A stretch of 64,000 bases of DNA. Origin: Basidiobolus meristosporus CBS 931.73 (taxonomy: Eukaryota > Fungi > Basidiobolomycota). Location: the NCBI GenBank assembly GCA_002104905.1, contig MCFE01000039.1, positions 124,001 to 188,000 on the forward strand. Direction: 5' to 3'. The position numbers were made by a program, and so were the translations under genes. Below the pieces are notes generated by a model. That model saw nothing but the letters and a program-made list of their open reading frames with translations, was not told the origin of the DNA and did no database searches. This document shows, piece by piece, positions 60,754 to 64,000 of the stretch (position 1 is the stretch's first letter; each line of letters opens with the position of its first letter).

Positions 60754-61973
60754 TCACTCTAGCCCTGTTTGTTTACGACGAATGTGGTCCAGGGCCTGGG
60801 CTGCCTCACGTTGGCATTCCTTATAGCCGATTTTACGAGCGTGGTTCATGGACTGTGTATAGTACTTCATAGCTCCGTCGGTTTGACCACTCATCTAAAA
60901 AACGTTGCTGAGTTGAGGAAATGTTAACCGATGTTTCGAGAAATTCTTACCTCGTAGATCATTCCTATGTTGTAAAGTAGCACGCCACAGCTTTGGTCAC
61001 ATTCGTGTTTGTCGTCTCTCCCGAGACGTGCAACATCGAGACCCTTTCGCGCCCATGCTTGCGCCTCCTTGTATTGACCCATGTTGGCAAAGGCCTCGGA
61101 TATGTTGCACATTATGACTGAGGCGTGGCAGTGTGTCTCGTTCAAGGTGGAGAGTGCACGGATGTAGAGTGGAATAGCGTAGTTATATTTCCCATCCATT
61201 GCATAAAACATGGCCAACGATTCTAGCGAAGCACCAATCTCTGTTGGAGTGATCCATTCGGGGAGCTCAAAGTACCTCCCTGAAGGTAGCTTTTCTGAAT
61301 CACTCTTAACCACCCTATGTCGAAGCAAGCGCTCTACAGCCCAGACATAATATTTTTCCGCCATGCTTCTGGCATGAATCTTTTCATAAAGCTCGCCTAA
61401 CTTTTGGGCAATACCCACCGCGCGGATCAACTTTTCTCCAGCAAGTGGAGTCTCCGTGACGGTTGAATTCAGCCTCTCGTAAGTCACCTCATCAATGGAA
61501 GTTTCCTTGTTCTCAGAGACTAGGAGATCAAAGGCCTTTGTGTAGACTTCGATAGCCTTTTCCCAATTCTTCTGGTCTTCATAGAAAGTTCCAAACTGTA
61601 TAATGAGCCCAGTGACTTCAGAAGAAGTATCTTCTAGTTGCGGACTCTTCAGGGCTAAATCAACTGCTTGTTCATAGTAAGGTAAAGCTCGTACAGGGTC
61701 CTCCTTGTATTTGTGATATAGAAGAGCCTTTCTTAGAGGGCTACGAATATTCGAAGGATATCTGCGCACGCCATGATAATTGTATTCGTAATATGCACTA
61801 CCTAGTAGACCAACCGTGCACAGGGTGAGGAAAGAGGTTCTCAATAGGGAGGAATCGCTTTTCGCCTTCTCCTTCAGTAGATGAGGATATATATGAAGCT
61901 GGCGGGATTTTGTAACGGGATAGGTACGTGTTATAATGCCAGGCCTTCTGAAAGCCACTCTAACCAAATTCAT
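60754..61973 (-). CDS. Mitochondrial inner-membrane TPR protein (Mgr3-like), 2 exons
   Basis: Presequence, one TM segment (FLTLCTVGLLGSAYY), YPSNIRSPLRKALLY and TPR helices (ALPYYEQA, AIEVYTKA, AIPLYIRAL, LLYNIGMIYE). A final exon ends at 60754. Confidence 0.7.
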
Positions 61974-62197
61974 GATGATATTAAACCATCTCCTCCCCTA
62001 CCTCGACCTCAAGAGCACTAAAATTTTCCATTAGATGACGAATTGGGACTTGGCTGAATGGGTGCAGATGAATCAATGATTGATTTTAATCAACAAAATT
62101 CAAGTTATCTAACAAGTTGGGTTATAATGAATGAGTGCTCGCAGAAAAGGGAAGATTGATGAACGCAAAAATATCTGATCGACCGGGTTTTCGTCGA

Positions 62198-62680
62198 TCA
62201 TCTTCCCAGTACCTCGCTTCTGGTGGACTCGGCCGAAGACAGCACCAGCTTCATGATGGGGTCGCTTAGGTTGATATCCTTCATTGCTTTGGCCAAATTC
62301 TTTAGAATCGCATCAAAGTGCTTGTCATTGAAGTCAAGTAGACGCTTATGGGCGGCACGCATGCTCCGGCCATTATATGGCTTGCCACCAAGAATGTGCA
62401 ACAGATACTTGGACATCATCCACTTTAAATGCTCCATATTGACCCCTTTGAAATACTGTTTGATCCGGCGATCACGAAGGTTGTATTTATAAAACCGATC
62501 CACAAGTACTTCGATCATTCTTTCGCTAAATAAGTCCAGGAGCGTCGGCACACTGGAGTGGGTGTAGTTGGGGGTGACATCTTCCTTGTGCCAGTATTCG
62601 GTGACATTGGTAATGCCAAGATTTGCTGCGAATGGACATCCTGTGAATCCCGAAGACGCAAACTGGTTGTTTGGTGACAT
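62198..62680 (-). CDS. Group I truncated (2/2) haemoglobin, TrHb1/GlbN-like, intronless (the ORF is open back to 62830)
   Basis: VDRFY (PheB9-TyrB10), DRRIKQYF (CD1), LGG (EF loop), YNGRSMRAAH (proximal HisF8), HFDAI and AESTRSEVLGR. Confidence 0.9.
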   Translation of the reverse strand: MSPNNQFASSGFTGCPFAANLGITNVTEYWHKEDVTPNYTHSSVPTLLDLFSERMIEVLVDRFYKYNLRDRRIKQYFKGVNMEHLKWMMSKYLLHILGGKPYNGRSMRAAHKRLLDFNDKHFDAILKNLAKAMKDINLSDPIMKLVLSSAESTRSEVLGR

Positions 62681-64000
62681 GCTCACTTTTCTAACTGTGT
62701 CAGGGATTTGAAGTATCTTTATGTACTGGGTTGACCTAGCAAGCTCACAACCCCCTGGATAGGTCTTAGACTGCATCTCTGATCGTTTACATTGAATTGT
62801 CCGCTCAATAACCCGCCAGATCGTTCGCATCGAATTATCCGCTTAATTGCTTATCTACATGGCCGAGATAGAGCTTGTGCAATGGACATATTACGAAAAC
62901 CCATCATTCTCCCTAGTGAAGTGATTGAGACCACAGCAACAAGGTTCCATATCTGAGGAGCAGATGATGAGCGTTGCGAATCAGTGTTTGCATCTTTGTG
63001 CATGTAAGGTGACGATGCTCTTATTATCGATTATTCTAATCCACTATCTCGAATCTAGCGCTGATATTGATTATTCTACAATAAGGTTGTAACGTATTTG
63101 AATGCATGGAGAGAGAGGCTGATGTAGCGTCCATGGTTCGTCCCCAATTCTCATCCTAATTACCAGTGTCTCACGATCTGACTGGATACGTTTCTTTCCT
63201 CAAGGGGTGTGGTATCGATATCGATGGTGCCTACACCCGCCCACACTTGCCACACTTTTCTATCATCGGCAATCGCTATTCACCATCATCACCTGTCACT
63301 ATTCACCGTCACCTGTCATTATCCGCTCACCCCTTAAAATACCAACAATGATGATCGGCCCATTGCGGTCGGTAAATATCTTTATTGACAAACGAACACA
63401 AGCGGCATCCGTGTTAGGAGGTTCCTTCAAGTCTGAGACAAAAGTGTGCTGTTTGCTTTTCATAATCCAAGCTCAATTGGTCATAGCTGTTGACTTGGAC
63501 AGTTACTATGGTGGTGCCATCAACATTACGTTGTCTTCATGAGTCAGTGTGGAGAATAGGGATGCATTATGTAAGGAAATAATAGAATCCATACAAATGC
63601 CGGTTGTCAGCCTAATTGTCTTAGACTATATGTTTGATGCCAGTCCAGCTTTGAATTGTTCGCATTTGACTTGAATGAGAAACATTATTTGAATCAGCGT
63701 TAGGCTCTTTTATACTCGTAATGAGTACTGAAACTATCCACTAGCACGGATAATGTATTGTGTACCTCCGACTAGTTAAAAGAAACAACAGAATCCAAGT
63801 TGAATCCTCGTTCCAACCATCACTAGTGTATTATTCGTTACGATTTTTCTCCCGCCCTTTTGATCCATATTCTCACGTACACTTCGATCAATGCTCTCCC
63901 CACATCAAACACACGCTCATCATCTCAGAAATCTCTATACTCCCGCTATCCATCTGCAGAACGGGGCTGCTAACTCATCTACTCCTCCGCTGACTCCAGT

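Noticed and set aside
63166-63542. Overlapping short ORFs with a 20-23 bp imperfect tandem repeat (63276-63318)
   Set aside because: No ATG-initiated, recognisable product on either strand. It looks like intergenic or decayed sequence.

Overview
Gene-dense eukaryotic nuclear DNA from a fungus, most likely an early-diverging (zygomycete-grade) lineage. This is inferred from the many short GT-AG introns (mostly about 55-85 nt where I could delimit them), fungal-type genes (ENA ATPase, Zap1/ZafA, OPI3, MTD1, DML1) and genes I associate with animals or bacteria rather than yeasts. I can support 29 protein-coding genes. They are MLH1 (5'-partial), MPE1/RBBP6, ARL5, a Tra2-like RRM/RS protein, an F-box protein, head-to-head mitoribosomal bL21m and uL24m, a C1orf74/DUF4504-like protein, a Myb/SANT-like protein, a CAP protein, DML1/Misato, MTD1, RPF2, a mitochondrial Tim44/MAIP1-like protein, Nup159/214, a mitochondrial carrier, a dysferlin-domain peroxin, a 9-finger Zap1-like factor, a piggyBac transposase, xanthine dehydrogenase, an ENA P-type ATPase, a pRiA4b-ORF3-domain protein, beta-carbonic anhydrase, OPI3, a bacterial-type HisRS, a RADX-like OB-fold protein, an atypical adenylate kinase, an Mgr3-like TPR protein and a group I truncated haemoglobin. 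One apparently complete 2513-bp piggyBac element (TTAA TSD, 12-bp TIRs, intron-containing transposase) sits between XDH and ZAP1. I saw no rRNA, tRNA or CRISPR array. The most interesting items are a full-length RADX-like gene in a fungus, a TrHb1 globin with an unusual apolar distal pocket, the intact spliced piggyBac, and bacterial-type HisRS and adenylate kinase genes. Family assignments come from motifs and sequences recalled from memory; no database search was run. Exon boundaries were read by eye.
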